A stretch of DNA of 64,000 bases. It comes from a bacterium (GTDB lineage Bacteria > Desulfobacterota > DSWW01). The notes beneath the pieces were generated by a model. It did no database searches. It saw only the letters and a program-made list of their open reading frames with translations, and was not told the origin of the DNA. The stretch is from assembly GCA_040756235.1 (NCBI GenBank), contig JBFLZG010000105.1, forward strand, positions 1-64,000. The letters are read 5' to 3'. Below, piece after piece: positions 9,788 to 19,788 of this stretch (within the stretch, counting starts at the first letter, position 1; the number at the start of each line of letters is the position of its first letter). A program made the translations under genes and the position numbers.

Positions 9788-10518
9788 CCGGCCGTTCCTC
9801 CCTTCTCTTCTGAATTCCCGGATGCGGCCGCGGGCCCGGGCCGATCCTCCTGGATGCGGCCGTCCCGCAGCCGGACCACGCGGGAGGCCCTCTCCATGAC
9901 GAGCGGATCGTGCGTGGAAAACAGAAACGTCGTCCCTTCGTGCCGGTTCAGCCGCCGCATGAGATCCAGCAGCGCTGCCGCCGTCCTGGAGTCCAGGTTC
10001 GCCGTGGGCTCGTCTGCGAGGACGATCCGCGGCCGGGCGGCGATGGCCCGGGCCACGGCGACCCGCTGCTGCTGTCCGCCGCTCAGCTCGAAGGGCCGCC
10101 GCTTCTCGAGGCCCTCCAGGCCGACCTCCTTCAACAGCCTCAGCACGAGCTCGCGCCGCTTCTTCTCCGGGGTCCCCTGCAGGAGGAGGACGAACTCGGT
10201 GTTTTCATACGCCGACAGGACCGGTATCAGGTTGTGGGCCTGAAACACGAATCCGACATGATGCAGCCTGAGGCGGCTCAGGGCGCCGGGCCGCATGGAG
10301 CTGATCTCCGTCCCGTCCAGCCAGATCCTGCCTCGGTCCGGTCTGTCCAGGCCGCCCAGGAGATTGAGCAGCGTGGTCTTGCCCGATCCGGAGGGACCCA
10401 CCAGGGCCGTGAACTCCCCCTGCCGTATGGTGAGGGAAACCTCGTTCAGGGCCACCACCTGGACGGCCCCTTGCCGGTAGATCCTGGTGAGACCCTCGGT
10501 GCGCATGATGGTTTCCAC
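9784..10518 (-). CDS. ABC transporter ATP-binding protein (LolD/MacB-like)
   Basis: GPSGSGKT, LSGGQQQRVA, DEPTANLD, STHD. Confidence 0.95.
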   Translation of the reverse strand: METIMRTEGLTRIYRQGAVQVVALNEVSLTIRQGEFTALVGPSGSGKTTLLNLLGGLDRPDRGRIWLDGTEISSMRPGALSRLRLHHVGFVFQAHNLIPVLSAYENTEFVLLLQGTPEKKRRELVLRLLKEVGLEGLEKRRPFELSGGQQQRVAVARAIAARPRIVLADEPTANLDSRTAAALLDLMRRLNRHEGTTFLFSTHDPLVMERASRVVRLRDGRIQEDRPGPAAASGNSEEKGGTAG

Positions 10519-10551
10519 GGCAACCCCCCCGCCGGCCCGACTCGACCGCCG

Positions 10552-11790
10552 CTACTTGAACTTCGTCATGGCCCGGACCGGGTCCACCCGAGCGGCCCGC
10601 ACGGCCGGATAGATCCCCACGAGGATCGTGACCCAGAAGGCGATTCCCAGCAGCAGGAAGAACCGTTCCGGCGCCAGCTGCGAATAGATGATCGGGTCGA
10701 TGGCCACGCCTGCGGCGGACATCTGCTCCTGGCTTGCCGCTCCGATGTCCAGACCGTGCCGCGCCAGATAGAGGTGACCGGCGAAACCGAGGATCGACCC
10801 GGCTCCGAGGGCCACCAGAGCGAGCAGGGTGGTCTCCAGGACCACGAGGCCGACGAGGCCCCCGGGGGCCAGCCCGAGAGCGGCCATCAGACCGAATTCC
10901 CGGGTCCTTTCGAGGACGCTCATGAGAATCGTGTTGAGGATGCCGAGCGCCACGATCACCAGGATGATCCCCAGAAAGATATAGTTGAACGCATTGTCCA
11001 TGTTGACGAACAGCACCAACTCCGGCATGACCTCCTGCCAGTCGAAGACCGCGACAGTCGGCTCCGAGGAAACCAGAGGCTCGAGCTCCTTCTTGATGCG
11101 CGCCTGCTCCTTCTCGTTCTCCAGAAAGACCGCCAGCTGGGTGGCGCCATGCGGGATCCCGAGCAAGGCCCGCCCCAGACCCAGGTTGATCTCGGCGAAG
11201 TATCCGTCCAGCTCTTCGATACCGGTGCGGTAGATGCCCTGGACCCGGACGAGCTGGCTCGAGATCTGGCCCGAAGCATCTTGGGCGGTGATGACGGCCT
11301 TGCCCCCGACCGCAACCTTGAGCTTCCGGGCGAGGTCTGCTCCCATCACGATCCCCCTCGCGTCTTCGCTCTTCAGGTAGGTGCCCTCGACGATCTTGGG
11401 CTCCAGGGAGTCGCGCATCATGTCGTTCGCGGGATCCACGCCGAAGATCACGAGGCCCACCGAGTTTTCCGCCGTGTAAATCAGTCCCAGCACGAGGATT
11501 CGCTCGGACACGTTGCGGATCCCCTGCATGCGGCGGACCTCCTCCGCCAGGGCCGCGGAGTCGGCCAGGAGCTTGTCGTTGGTGGGCTCTTCCACGTAGT
11601 CCTCGTGCTCCACCGTGAGATTGCCCGAGCCGAGCCGGACCGCGTTGCGGATCATCTGGTTGTGCCCGCCGTCGCCCAGCCCCATGGAGATCATGGCCAG
11701 GCCGAAGCCGATGGAAATCATGGACATGGTGATCAGGGTCCGCCTGCGGTTCTTCCAGAGATTTCTCCATGCCATCTTCAGGAGCATCAT
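10552..11790 (-). CDS. FtsX/LolE-like ABC permease
   Basis: AWRNLWKNRRRT, NTILMSVLERTREFG, YPAVRAARVDPV; ATGA overlap with the upstream gene. Confidence 0.92.
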   Translation of the reverse strand: MMLLKMAWRNLWKNRRRTLITMSMISIGFGLAMISMGLGDGGHNQMIRNAVRLGSGNLTVEHEDYVEEPTNDKLLADSAALAEEVRRMQGIRNVSERILVLGLIYTAENSVGLVIFGVDPANDMMRDSLEPKIVEGTYLKSEDARGIVMGADLARKLKVAVGGKAVITAQDASGQISSQLVRVQGIYRTGIEELDGYFAEINLGLGRALLGIPHGATQLAVFLENEKEQARIKKELEPLVSSEPTVAVFDWQEVMPELVLFVNMDNAFNYIFLGIILVIVALGILNTILMSVLERTREFGLMAALGLAPGGLVGLVVLETTLLALVALGAGSILGFAGHLYLARHGLDIGAASQEQMSAAGVAIDPIIYSQLAPERFFLLLGIAFWVTILVGIYPAVRAARVDPVRAMTKFK

Positions 11791-13004
11791 GTCCGCATCG
11801 CCTGCACCGGTTTCAGGCGCGCGGACTTGACCGACGGGTAGAGCCCGGCCAGCGCGGAAATCGCGAGCAGGAGCCCCATGCAGTACAGGACGTCCGCGGG
11901 CAGGATGGCTGCCCGCAGGATGTTGTCGAAGGCGAAGCCGGTGAACTCGAAGGTCTCTCCGAACAATCCGGTGAGGTCCCATCCCTTCACGGCCAGCCGC
12001 CAGCTCCACAGGAGACCGAGCCCGGTCCCCGATACCTCGCTCACGCCAGCGAGAAGCAGGGTCTCCAGCAGGACCACCCGCACCAGCCTGAGCGGCTTCA
12101 GGCCGATCGCAAGCATGAGCCCGAGCTCGTACATCCTCTCGAACACCGCCATGAGCATGGTGTTCACCACGCCCAGGCAGGCGATCGCGAAGACGATCGC
12201 CAGGACGATGTAGGTCCAGGTCTTGTTCAGGGCCAGAGCGTCGGATAGAGCAGGCGCGATTTCCCTCCAGGTGCGGACGTCGCAGGGGATGCCTTCCAGC
12301 AAGCGGCCCACCTGCGGCTGGTACCGGCCAGGATGCTCCGCGTCCGGGGTCCGTACGGCCACCTCGTGGATTCGGCCCGGCAGGACGAGGAGCTCCGCGA
12401 ACTCCTGGAGCGGCATGATGACCGCGGTGCGGTCCGTGGCCTCGTCGAGGGCCTTGAGGATGCCCACGACCCGGTAGAGGTCGTTGCCGAGGCTCCCGTC
12501 CGCGGCCTGCGTGATCAGGGCGATCTCGCTGCCGAGCCGTACATCCAGGGTCTTGGCGATCCTGCGGCCGACGAGGACGGCCTTTCGGTCCCCGGGCTCG
12601 AGAAATCGACCTTCGAGCATGTGCTTCCAGAGGTCTGTGACCCGCCGCTCGCGCTCGGGGGCGAGCCCGCGGATCTGCACGCCGGCGGACTTTTCTCCCA
12701 TGCTGGCGAGGCCGTACGCGTACGCCCTGGGCGCTGCCTGGAAGGTGCTTCCGTCGAAGCGGTCCAGGATGGAGGCGGGCAGGTTCTCATACAAGCCCCG
12801 GTCCTTGAAGTACTGCGGCGCATGCACCTGGATGTGCCCCAGGGACCGGTCGGCCGCGTACCGGATCATCTGGCGGTTCATCCCTTCGACCAGGGAGATC
12901 GAGACGATCATGAGGGTAAGGCTGAGGCTCATGGCGGCGATCGTGATCAGGGACCTGCGCGGATTCCGCCAGAGATTGCGCCAGGCCATCCTTGCCAGCA
13001 CCAT
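11787..13004 (-). CDS. FtsX/LolE-like ABC permease
   Basis: AWRNLWRNPRRS, NTMLMAVFERMYELG, YPSVKSARLKPV. Confidence 0.92.
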   Translation of the reverse strand: MVLARMAWRNLWRNPRRSLITIAAMSLSLTLMIVSISLVEGMNRQMIRYAADRSLGHIQVHAPQYFKDRGLYENLPASILDRFDGSTFQAAPRAYAYGLASMGEKSAGVQIRGLAPERERRVTDLWKHMLEGRFLEPGDRKAVLVGRRIAKTLDVRLGSEIALITQAADGSLGNDLYRVVGILKALDEATDRTAVIMPLQEFAELLVLPGRIHEVAVRTPDAEHPGRYQPQVGRLLEGIPCDVRTWREIAPALSDALALNKTWTYIVLAIVFAIACLGVVNTMLMAVFERMYELGLMLAIGLKPLRLVRVVLLETLLLAGVSEVSGTGLGLLWSWRLAVKGWDLTGLFGETFEFTGFAFDNILRAAILPADVLYCMGLLLAISALAGLYPSVKSARLKPVQAMRT

Positions 13005-13045
13005 CGCTTCTCCGCCGATCACGGCTTGCTCCTGAACGACGCCGA

Positions 13046-13930
13046 CTAAGGACGCTTCTGCAGGGCCCGCAGGCTGAAGAGCTCCGGGTCGAGACGGACG
13101 TCGAATGTGAGATTCAGGTAGGTGACCCGGGTAGACTCGTTCGGCTTGTCCACGGGCCGCATGACGAGCTCGGTCGGAATCCGGCGCCCCCCCATGTCCT
13201 GCACCTTGGAGAAGGTGAGGGTGCGCACTTCCTTGCCCGACTCGTTGAAGTAGTCCATCTGAAGCGGGATGTAATCGTCGGCCCGGACCGCCGCCACGAT
13301 CTTGCCCCAGACCACCGGAGCCTCGGGCTTGGGCTCAAGGGTCAGCTCCAGGATCTTCTGCCCGTCCCGGTCGCCCTCGAAGGTGATGGTCGTTTCGTAG
13401 TCGTCTGCGTAGCGGCTTTCCTTGACCAGGTCGTCGTTCGTGAAGTGGCTCCCCATCCAGGAGCCCAACATCATGGATGCCGGAACCCGGGTCACCCGGT
13501 TGATCTTGGGGAGGTAGTTCCACAGGTCGTTGCCGACCTTGAGTGTAGCCACGCCCTCCTCCTTGGCCGGATAGGTGATGCGGACCAGGGAGCGTTCCAT
13601 GCCTTCGGTGTAGGCGTCCATGCGGAGGGTCCGGGACCAGTGGGAGGTCGCCACCTCCATTTCCATCTCCCCTTCCGAGCTCCTCCCGCGCCACATCCTG
13701 TCAATGGTCTCGAGGATCTCCCTGACCCTGGAGGTCTGGTCCTGCTGTTCGGAGGCCGGGGAGGCGCAAACCGGGACATCCCCCGAAACCGTCCCCAGGA
13801 TGAGGACGGCCGAGAAGAGGGCGACACGCACGCTCCTCGGTGCGGCGGCCCGAAGGGTTTTCAGCAGGAATCTGATGGACCAGGGACCTGCGCCGCCCCC
13901 TGCCAGGATGGTGCCGTGTTTCACGGGCAT
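13046..13930 (-). CDS. Outer-membrane lipoprotein-sorting (LolA-like) protein
   Basis: PAKEEGVATLK, LWNYLP, SWMGSHFTNDDL; exact start uncertain. Confidence 0.85.
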   Translation of the reverse strand: MPVKHGTILAGGGAGPWSIRFLLKTLRAAAPRSVRVALFSAVLILGTVSGDVPVCASPASEQQDQTSRVREILETIDRMWRGRSSEGEMEMEVATSHWSRTLRMDAYTEGMERSLVRITYPAKEEGVATLKVGNDLWNYLPKINRVTRVPASMMLGSWMGSHFTNDDLVKESRYADDYETTITFEGDRDGQKILELTLEPKPEAPVVWGKIVAAVRADDYIPLQMDYFNESGKEVRTLTFSKVQDMGGRRIPTELVMRPVDKPNESTRVTYLNLTFDVRLDPELFSLRALQKRP

Positions 13931-14119
13931 TCACTCCCATTTTCAGAGCCTCTCACCCCCAGCCCGCGCAATCGGAAGGAGGTTGTACCACGTTACCCGG
14001 GAGAAGGCCAAGAACGCACCGGGAAAGGCCGGTTTCGGCCGCTACAGGCAAGAGGTAAATCCGAGGGAAATCAGCGGGGCATCCGAGACTGCGGGAGGCG
14101 CGATCGAAACGACGGAGCA

Positions 14120-14143
14120 GGGCGACGCATGCGTCGCCCCTAC
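14120..14143. repeat. GTAG-type REP
   Basis: GGGCGACGCATGCGTCGCCCCTAC. Confidence 0.75.
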
Positions 14144-14210
14144 ATGGAAGCCAAGAGGGCGCGGCAAGCAGCGCCCCCTGCAAGAGCGTAGAAGCCTGGC
14201 GCGCCCCGCG

Positions 14211-15110
14211 TCAGCCCCCCTTCTTCGCCCTTTCCGCCTCCTGCTGCCTGGCCTTCTTGATCTCACCGATGAAGTGATTGATGATCGGGGACATCTCGGG
14301 AGGGTGCCACTTGGCGTCCTTGGGTTCTTCCGGCCAGACGTAGGGCAGGTGCCGGACCTCCCCCGGCCGGGCGGCCTGCTCCAGCACCTCGAGCGTGCTG
14401 AGCACGACCTTGCGCTGCCCTTCCCGGTCTCCCGGCTGGCCCAGGAGCCGGCCGTAGGGGTAGGCGATCGCCGCGGTCCTGGGCACGCCCATGATCCTGT
14501 TGAACTCGTGGGTCGGGTTGAGCACGACCGTGGAGAAGCCCTTCCCCTCGAGGTACCGCGCGGCCAGTCCCACGGACTGGCAGCAGAACGGTCAGGCGGG
14601 CGTGAGGAAGACGGCCTCCACCCCTTCCTCCTTCATCCGGCGGGCCATGGGCTCGATCGATTCCTGCAGGTAGTCCGCGCTCTGCCATTGGAAGCCGTAA
14701 AACGAATACGAAGTCGGGGCCAGGCGCCCGATCACGCCCTCCTTCTCCAGCTCGGCCATGCGGGCCAGGGGAAGCATGACATTGATGTCGTTGAGAATAT
14801 AGCTCGTGTTGATATGGAGGTGGCGGACGTCGATGTCCTTTTCCGTGGTATCCCTGGGCAGAGCCCGCCAGGAGCGATCGCCCCAGGTCGGCTCCCTCTT
14901 CTCCCTCTCCATGTCAAAGGGCGGGTCCGGCCTCCGGCTGATGCCCGCGCTCGTGACCAGCGCAAGGGTCGATCGGTTCAGCGCCTTGGCCAGAGGCGTC
15001 CACGGGATCGGCCCCTCGAACTCCTTTTCCGGGATGAGGGCACGGATCCAGGCGGCAAGACCGGGCGGCAGGAACCGGAATCCGTCCACTTTCGCGCTCT
15101 CGGGAGCCAT
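14211..15110 (-). CDS. Selenoprotein B of the glycine/betaine/sarcosine/D-proline reductase family (PrdB-like), Sec at UGA 14592-14594
   Basis: Two called ORFs are in frame across TGA, giving FLTPA-U-PFCCQSVGLAARYLE (UxxC); LVTSAG, GDRSWR, DINVMLP and VPR...YPYG..LG.P motifs; 299 aa. Confidence 0.9.
14563..14581 (-). promoter_or_regulatory. Bacterial SECIS-like hairpin
   Basis: Perfect 8-bp stem GCCAGTCC-GTG-GGACTGGC starting 11 nt after the UGA, with G first in the loop. Confidence 0.8.
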
Positions 15111-15229
15111 GATTCTCCTCCTCTGCAGGCAGGTTTCGTCTTCTCCGGCTCGGAACCCTCGATGAGCCCGCTCGTGTCTACAATAATGAAGAGGCGCAAA
15201 CGAAGCAAAAAGACGAAGGAGCCCACGCC

Positions 15230-16354
15230 ATGATCGAGAAGGTCCTTTTCTCTCTATTTTGGATTTCCCTGCCCGCGCTCGGGATTCTCTTCGCCTGGCA
15301 GCCGGAGGCTCAGGCGGATCCGTCTTCCTACCGGAAGGCCGTCTTCGCCGGCGGCTGTTTCTGGTGCATGGAGCCGCCCTTCGAGAAGCTCGAGGGCGTG
15401 GTCGAGGTGATCCCGGGCTACACGGGCGGGAGCAAGAAGGACCCGACCTACGAGGAGGTCTCCTCCGGGCGCACCGGGCACGCCGAGGCGGTGCAGGTGG
15501 TGTACGACGCTTCGAAGATCACGTACGAGAAGCTGCTCGACGTCTTCTGGAAGCAGATCGACCCGACCGACCCGAGGGGCCAGTTCGTGGACCGGGGGAA
15601 CCAGTACAGGACGGGAGTCTTCTACCTCGACGAAGAGCAGAAGAGGCTGGCCGAAGCGTCCAGGGCCGCCCTGGAGAAGTCCGGCCGATTCGCAAAGCCG
15701 ATTGTCACGCAGATCCTGGCGGCCGGGGAGTTCTACCCGGCCGAGGACTATCACCGGCAGTACCACAAGAAAAATCCGATGCGGTACAACCAGTACCGTC
15801 TGGGCTCGGGCCGGGAACAGTACCTGGAGCAGGTCTGGGGCGCCGATCGGGAGATCCGGTCAGAATCCGGCGCGGGATCCGAGGACGAGGTCGTCCAGGC
15901 GGGTCCCACGTGCGCGCTTCGCGAAAAGACCGGCGACCGGCTGCGCAGAGAGCTGACCCCTCTCCAGTATCAGGTCACGCAGGAAGACGGCACGGAGAGG
16001 CCGTTCGACAACGAGTACTGGAACAACAAGCGCGAGGGGATCTACGTCGATATCGTCTCGGGGGAGCCCCTGTTCAGCTCGCGCGACAAGTTCGATTCCG
16101 GCACCGGTTGGCCGAGCTTCATCAAGCCGCTCGACCCTGAAAACATCGTGGAGAAGAGCGACCGCAGCCACTTCATGGAGCGGACCGAGGTGCGGAGCAA
16201 GCATGCGGACTCCCACCTGGGCCACGTGTTCCCCGACGGCCCCAGGCCGACCGGGCTCCGCTACTGCATCAACTCGGCCAGCCTCAGGTTCATCCCCAAG
16301 GAAGACCTCGAGAAGGAAGGGTACGGCCGGTTCAAGAGCCTGTTCGAGGAATAA
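15230..16354 (+). CDS. msrAB: Bifunctional methionine sulfoxide reductase MsrA/MsrB with N-terminal signal or TM segment
   Basis: [45 protein letters not shown]. Confidence 0.95.
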   Translation: MIEKVLFSLFWISLPALGILFAWQPEAQADPSSYRKAVFAGGCFWCMEPPFEKLEGVVEVIPGYTGGSKKDPTYEEVSSGRTGHAEAVQVVYDASKITYEKLLDVFWKQIDPTDPRGQFVDRGNQYRTGVFYLDEEQKRLAEASRAALEKSGRFAKPIVTQILAAGEFYPAEDYHRQYHKKNPMRYNQYRLGSGREQYLEQVWGADREIRSESGAGSEDEVVQAGPTCALREKTGDRLRRELTPLQYQVTQEDGTERPFDNEYWNNKREGIYVDIVSGEPLFSSRDKFDSGTGWPSFIKPLDPENIVEKSDRSHFMERTEVRSKHADSHLGHVFPDGPRPTGLRYCINSASLRFIPKEDLEKEGYGRFKSLFEE

Positions 16355-16489
16355 CAGCCCTCTTGCTGCCGCCCCCCCGGTGGCATCAACCCGGCCACCG
16401 ATTTGCCGGCCTTGCAGGGGGGCTGCTTGCTGCGCTCTTCTCGGATCCGTAAGTCAACCCCGTATGCCCGAAAGATGCCGGGGATTGCG

Positions 16490-16535
16490 GGGAGCAGGGA
16501 CTGGACCCCGGCCTGCGCCGGGGTGACGGAACTCA
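16490..16535. repeat. CGTC-type REP
   Basis: ggagcagggactggaccccggcctgcgccggggtgacggaact, identical to 4517-4558. Confidence 0.8.
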
Positions 16536-16700
16536 AAATACCGCGGCCGCGGCCTCCGCCCGCTCCAAGGACTCCCGCGCGATGACCGAAGCGCTCCTGG
16601 ACTTGGCAGGGCCGTATCGGTACCGTGAACGGAACCGCCGAGCGTCCCGCCCTGCGAGCGGGATCTGCGAGAATCTCCACAACCGGGGGGTAGGACCGCC

Positions 16701-18356
16701 ATGGCCCGTGCGCCGAAGCCGCTCACGAAAAACCAGAAGCAGAGCTATGACGAGATCAGCGCCAAAGGGGTCGCCTTTCTTCGCGCGCGCTACAATCGAG
16801 TCAACCGGTGGGTGATCGCGGACATGGTCCGACGATCAGCCTATCACAGCCCCGGGAAGCCCGCCCTCGTCTTTCGGGGCCGGACTCTCACCTACGGCGA
16901 GCTGGAAGAGGAGTCCAACCGGGTGGCCCACGCCCTGGCCGCGCTCGGAGTGAGCAAGTACGACCGCGTGGCCATCCTCGCCCACAACACCGCCCATCAC
17001 GTCCTCACGTGGTTCGGGTGCTGCAAGATCGGCGCGATCTACCTCGCCGTCAATTACCTGCTCCGGGGCAGGGACATTGCCTACTGCATCAACCACTCCG
17101 AGAGCCGGGTCTTCGTGGTGGAGGACGCGCTCTACGAGCTGGTGCGGGACGTGCTGGACGAGATGCCCACGGTCCGGGCGTGGGTCTGGTCGCGGCAGGG
17201 CGCAGGGCAGGAACCGCCGGCCGGCGGCCGATTCCTGGATTTCGACTCCTGGTGCGCCGCCAGCCCGGTGACGGAGCCCGAGGCGGTCCTGCACATCGAG
17301 GACCCCTGCCAGATGACGTACACGAGCGGCACCGAGTCGCGGCCCAAGGGCGTGGTCATGAGCAACCAGTCCCTCATGGCCCAGTACATGGGCTGCATCA
17401 TCGACGGGCAGTACGAGGAGAGCGACGTCTCCGTCAACGCGCTGCCGATCTATCACTGCGCCCAGCGGGACGTGTTCCTGAACCCGCTCTTCTGGATCGG
17501 CGCGACCAACGTCCTCATCCAGCCCGAGATCGAGCAGATCCTCGCAAGCATCGAGCGCCACAGGGCGACCCTGTTCTTCGCCCCGCCGACCGTCTGGATC
17601 GGCATGCTCCGCCACCCTTCATTCGGCCGCTACGACTTATCGAGCCTGAAGAAGTGTTACTACGGAGCCTCCATCATGCCCGGGGAGGTCCTCCGGGAGA
17701 TGCTGGAAAGATTTCCCGGGGTCCGAATCTACAACTACTACGGGCAGACGGAGCTCGCCCCCTACCACACCATCCTCAAGGCCGAGGACGCCGCCCGCAA
17801 GCTCGGGTCCGCGGGTATGGGGGGCCTCAACATGGAAAGCCGCCTCGAGGACGATCTCTCCCGCCCGGTCGACGAGCCGGGCCAGGCCGGGGAGATCTGC
17901 GGCCGCGGGCCCCATGCTCTGCTCATGTATTTCAAGGATCCCGAGAAGACCGAGGAGGCGATGCGCGGAGGGTGGTTCCACTCGGGCGACGTGGGCGTGC
18001 TGGACGAAGACCGTTACGTGACGGTCGTGGACCGGAAGAAGGACATGGTCAAGACGGGCGGCGAGAACGTATCGACCCGTGAGGTGGAGGACGCGATCTA
18101 TCTCGACAAGCGGGTGCAGGAGGTCGCGGTCATCGGACTGCCCCACCCGAAGTGGGTCGAGGCGGTGGTGGCGATGATCGTGCTCAGACAGGGTGAGAAG
18201 ATGACGGAAGGAGAGCTCCTGGAACACTGCCGCAGGGAGCTGGCGCCGTTCAAGTGCCCCAAGAAAGTGGTGTTCGTGGAGGCCTTGCCGAAGACGCCCA
18301 CCGGCAAGATCCTGAAGAGGGAGATGCGCGACGCCTACAAAGGCGCCTTCGCGTGA
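16701..18356 (+). CDS. AMP-forming acyl-CoA synthetase (long-chain fatty acid-CoA ligase family)
   Basis: YTSGTESRPKG, YGQTE, WFHSGD, KTGGENV, LPKTPTGKILK. Confidence 0.93.
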   Translation: MARAPKPLTKNQKQSYDEISAKGVAFLRARYNRVNRWVIADMVRRSAYHSPGKPALVFRGRTLTYGELEEESNRVAHALAALGVSKYDRVAILAHNTAHHVLTWFGCCKIGAIYLAVNYLLRGRDIAYCINHSESRVFVVEDALYELVRDVLDEMPTVRAWVWSRQGAGQEPPAGGRFLDFDSWCAASPVTEPEAVLHIEDPCQMTYTSGTESRPKGVVMSNQSLMAQYMGCIIDGQYEESDVSVNALPIYHCAQRDVFLNPLFWIGATNVLIQPEIEQILASIERHRATLFFAPPTVWIGMLRHPSFGRYDLSSLKKCYYGASIMPGEVLREMLERFPGVRIYNYYGQTELAPYHTILKAEDAARKLGSAGMGGLNMESRLEDDLSRPVDEPGQAGEICGRGPHALLMYFKDPEKTEEAMRGGWFHSGDVGVLDEDRYVTVVDRKKDMVKTGGENVSTREVEDAIYLDKRVQEVAVIGLPHPKWVEAVVAMIVLRQGEKMTEGELLEHCRRELAPFKCPKKVVFVEALPKTPTGKILKREMRDAYKGAFA

Positions 18357-18384
18357 GGTGCAGCCGCCCGCCGCTTGCGGGCGG

Positions 18385-18580
18385 GATCCTGGGGGCGCCC
18401 TTTGCTGCGCCCGTGCCGGGGTCCGCCGGACCACCTCTTGTAGGGGCGACGCACGCGTCGCCCTTTCCGGAGGCTACACCACGACCAGCTGGAATCGCGT
18501 GGACCAGGGACCGGACCCCGGCCTGCGCCGGGGCGACGGAAAAAGCAGAGACGTGAAACGGCGCAGCAGGCAGCGCCCCT
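18385..18580. repeat. REP cluster between convergent genes
   Basis: GGGCGACGCACGCGTCGCCC at 18444-18463; ggaccccggcctgcgccggggcgac. Confidence 0.7.
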
Positions 18581-19682
18581 ACAATCCGTCTTCTTTGCCG
18601 ACCAGAATCTGCCAGATGCGCTCCGCGGCCCGGCCGTCCCACTTGGGAGGCACCGCGTTCGGCTTCCCCTTCTTCAGCAGGCTCTCCCGGTACGCCCTCA
18701 AGATCGTCTCCTTGCCGGTTCCGCCGAGCACGTTCGTCCCCATCTGGAGGGTGATGGGTCGCTCCGTGTTCTCCCGCAGCGTGACGCAGGGCACTCCGAG
18801 GGCGGTCGTTTCTTCCTGAAGGCCGCCGCTGTCGGTCATGACCGCTGCGGCGTCCTTCCAGAGATAGAGCGATTCCTTGAAGCTCAGAGGCGGGAGGAGA
18901 TGGATCCGGCCCGAAAGCTCGATCCGATGGGCCGCCAGCATCGCCTTGGTCCTCGGATGGACCGGGAACAGAATCGGCCTCTCGCCGGCGATTTCGTTCA
19001 GCGCAGAGGCGATCTCCCGGAGCTGTTCTTTGCGGTCCACGTTCGAGGGCCGGTGCAGGGTGAGGAAGACGTAGTCGGCGGCTTCCCTCTTGAGCGCGGA
19101 GCTGGGGAACCTGGCCGTGTCCTCCTTCTCTGCCAGCCGCCGTAGCTGGTGGAAAAGGTTGTCGATCATCACGTGGCCCACGAAGTGGATCCGCTCGGCC
19201 GGTTTCCCTTCACGCAAGAGGTTCTCGACGCCGCTCTGCTCGGTGACGAAGAAGTAATCCGAAACGGCATCCGTCACCATCCGGTTGATCTCTTCCGGCA
19301 TGGCGAGATCGAAGCTCCTCAAGCCGGCCTCGACGTGCGCGACCCGGACGCAGGCCTTCTTGGCCACGATGCTGCACGCCAGAGTGGAGTTCACGTCTCC
19401 GACCACCATGACCAGGTCCGGCTCTTCCTTCTCGCAGACCTCCTCGAAGGCCACCATGATCCTCGCCGTCTGCACCGCATGGGAGCCGGATCCGGCCTCG
19501 AGAAAGAAATCGGGCTCGGGGATTTCCAGGTCTTCGAAAAAGGCCTGGGACATCTCGTAGTCGTAATGCTGCCCCGTGTGGACCAGCCTGCACCGTACGC
19601 TGCGGAGTTTCCGGGCCTCACGAAAAATGGGGGCGATCTTCATGAAGTTCGGCCTCGCCCCGGCCACCAGCAGCACGTTCAT
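18579..19682 (-). CDS. wecB: UDP-N-acetylglucosamine 2-epimerase (non-hydrolysing)
   Basis: GARPNFMK, HTGQHY, GDVNST, HVEAGLRS, TDSGGLQEE, TERP. Confidence 0.95.
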   Translation of the reverse strand: MNVLLVAGARPNFMKIAPIFREARKLRSVRCRLVHTGQHYDYEMSQAFFEDLEIPEPDFFLEAGSGSHAVQTARIMVAFEEVCEKEEPDLVMVVGDVNSTLACSIVAKKACVRVAHVEAGLRSFDLAMPEEINRMVTDAVSDYFFVTEQSGVENLLREGKPAERIHFVGHVMIDNLFHQLRRLAEKEDTARFPSSALKREAADYVFLTLHRPSNVDRKEQLREIASALNEIAGERPILFPVHPRTKAMLAAHRIELSGRIHLLPPLSFKESLYLWKDAAAVMTDSGGLQEETTALGVPCVTLRENTERPITLQMGTNVLGGTGKETILRAYRESLLKKGKPNAVPPKWDGRAAERIWQILVGKEDGL

Positions 19683-19788
19683 CGAGCTCCCTCGGACTGC
19701 AATCGTCGCCGCCCCGGCCCGGCCGGCTCGTGCCTCCGCGCTCAGGGATGCACATCCGGCGGGTCAAGGTGTCATATCGCGTTTCTAT

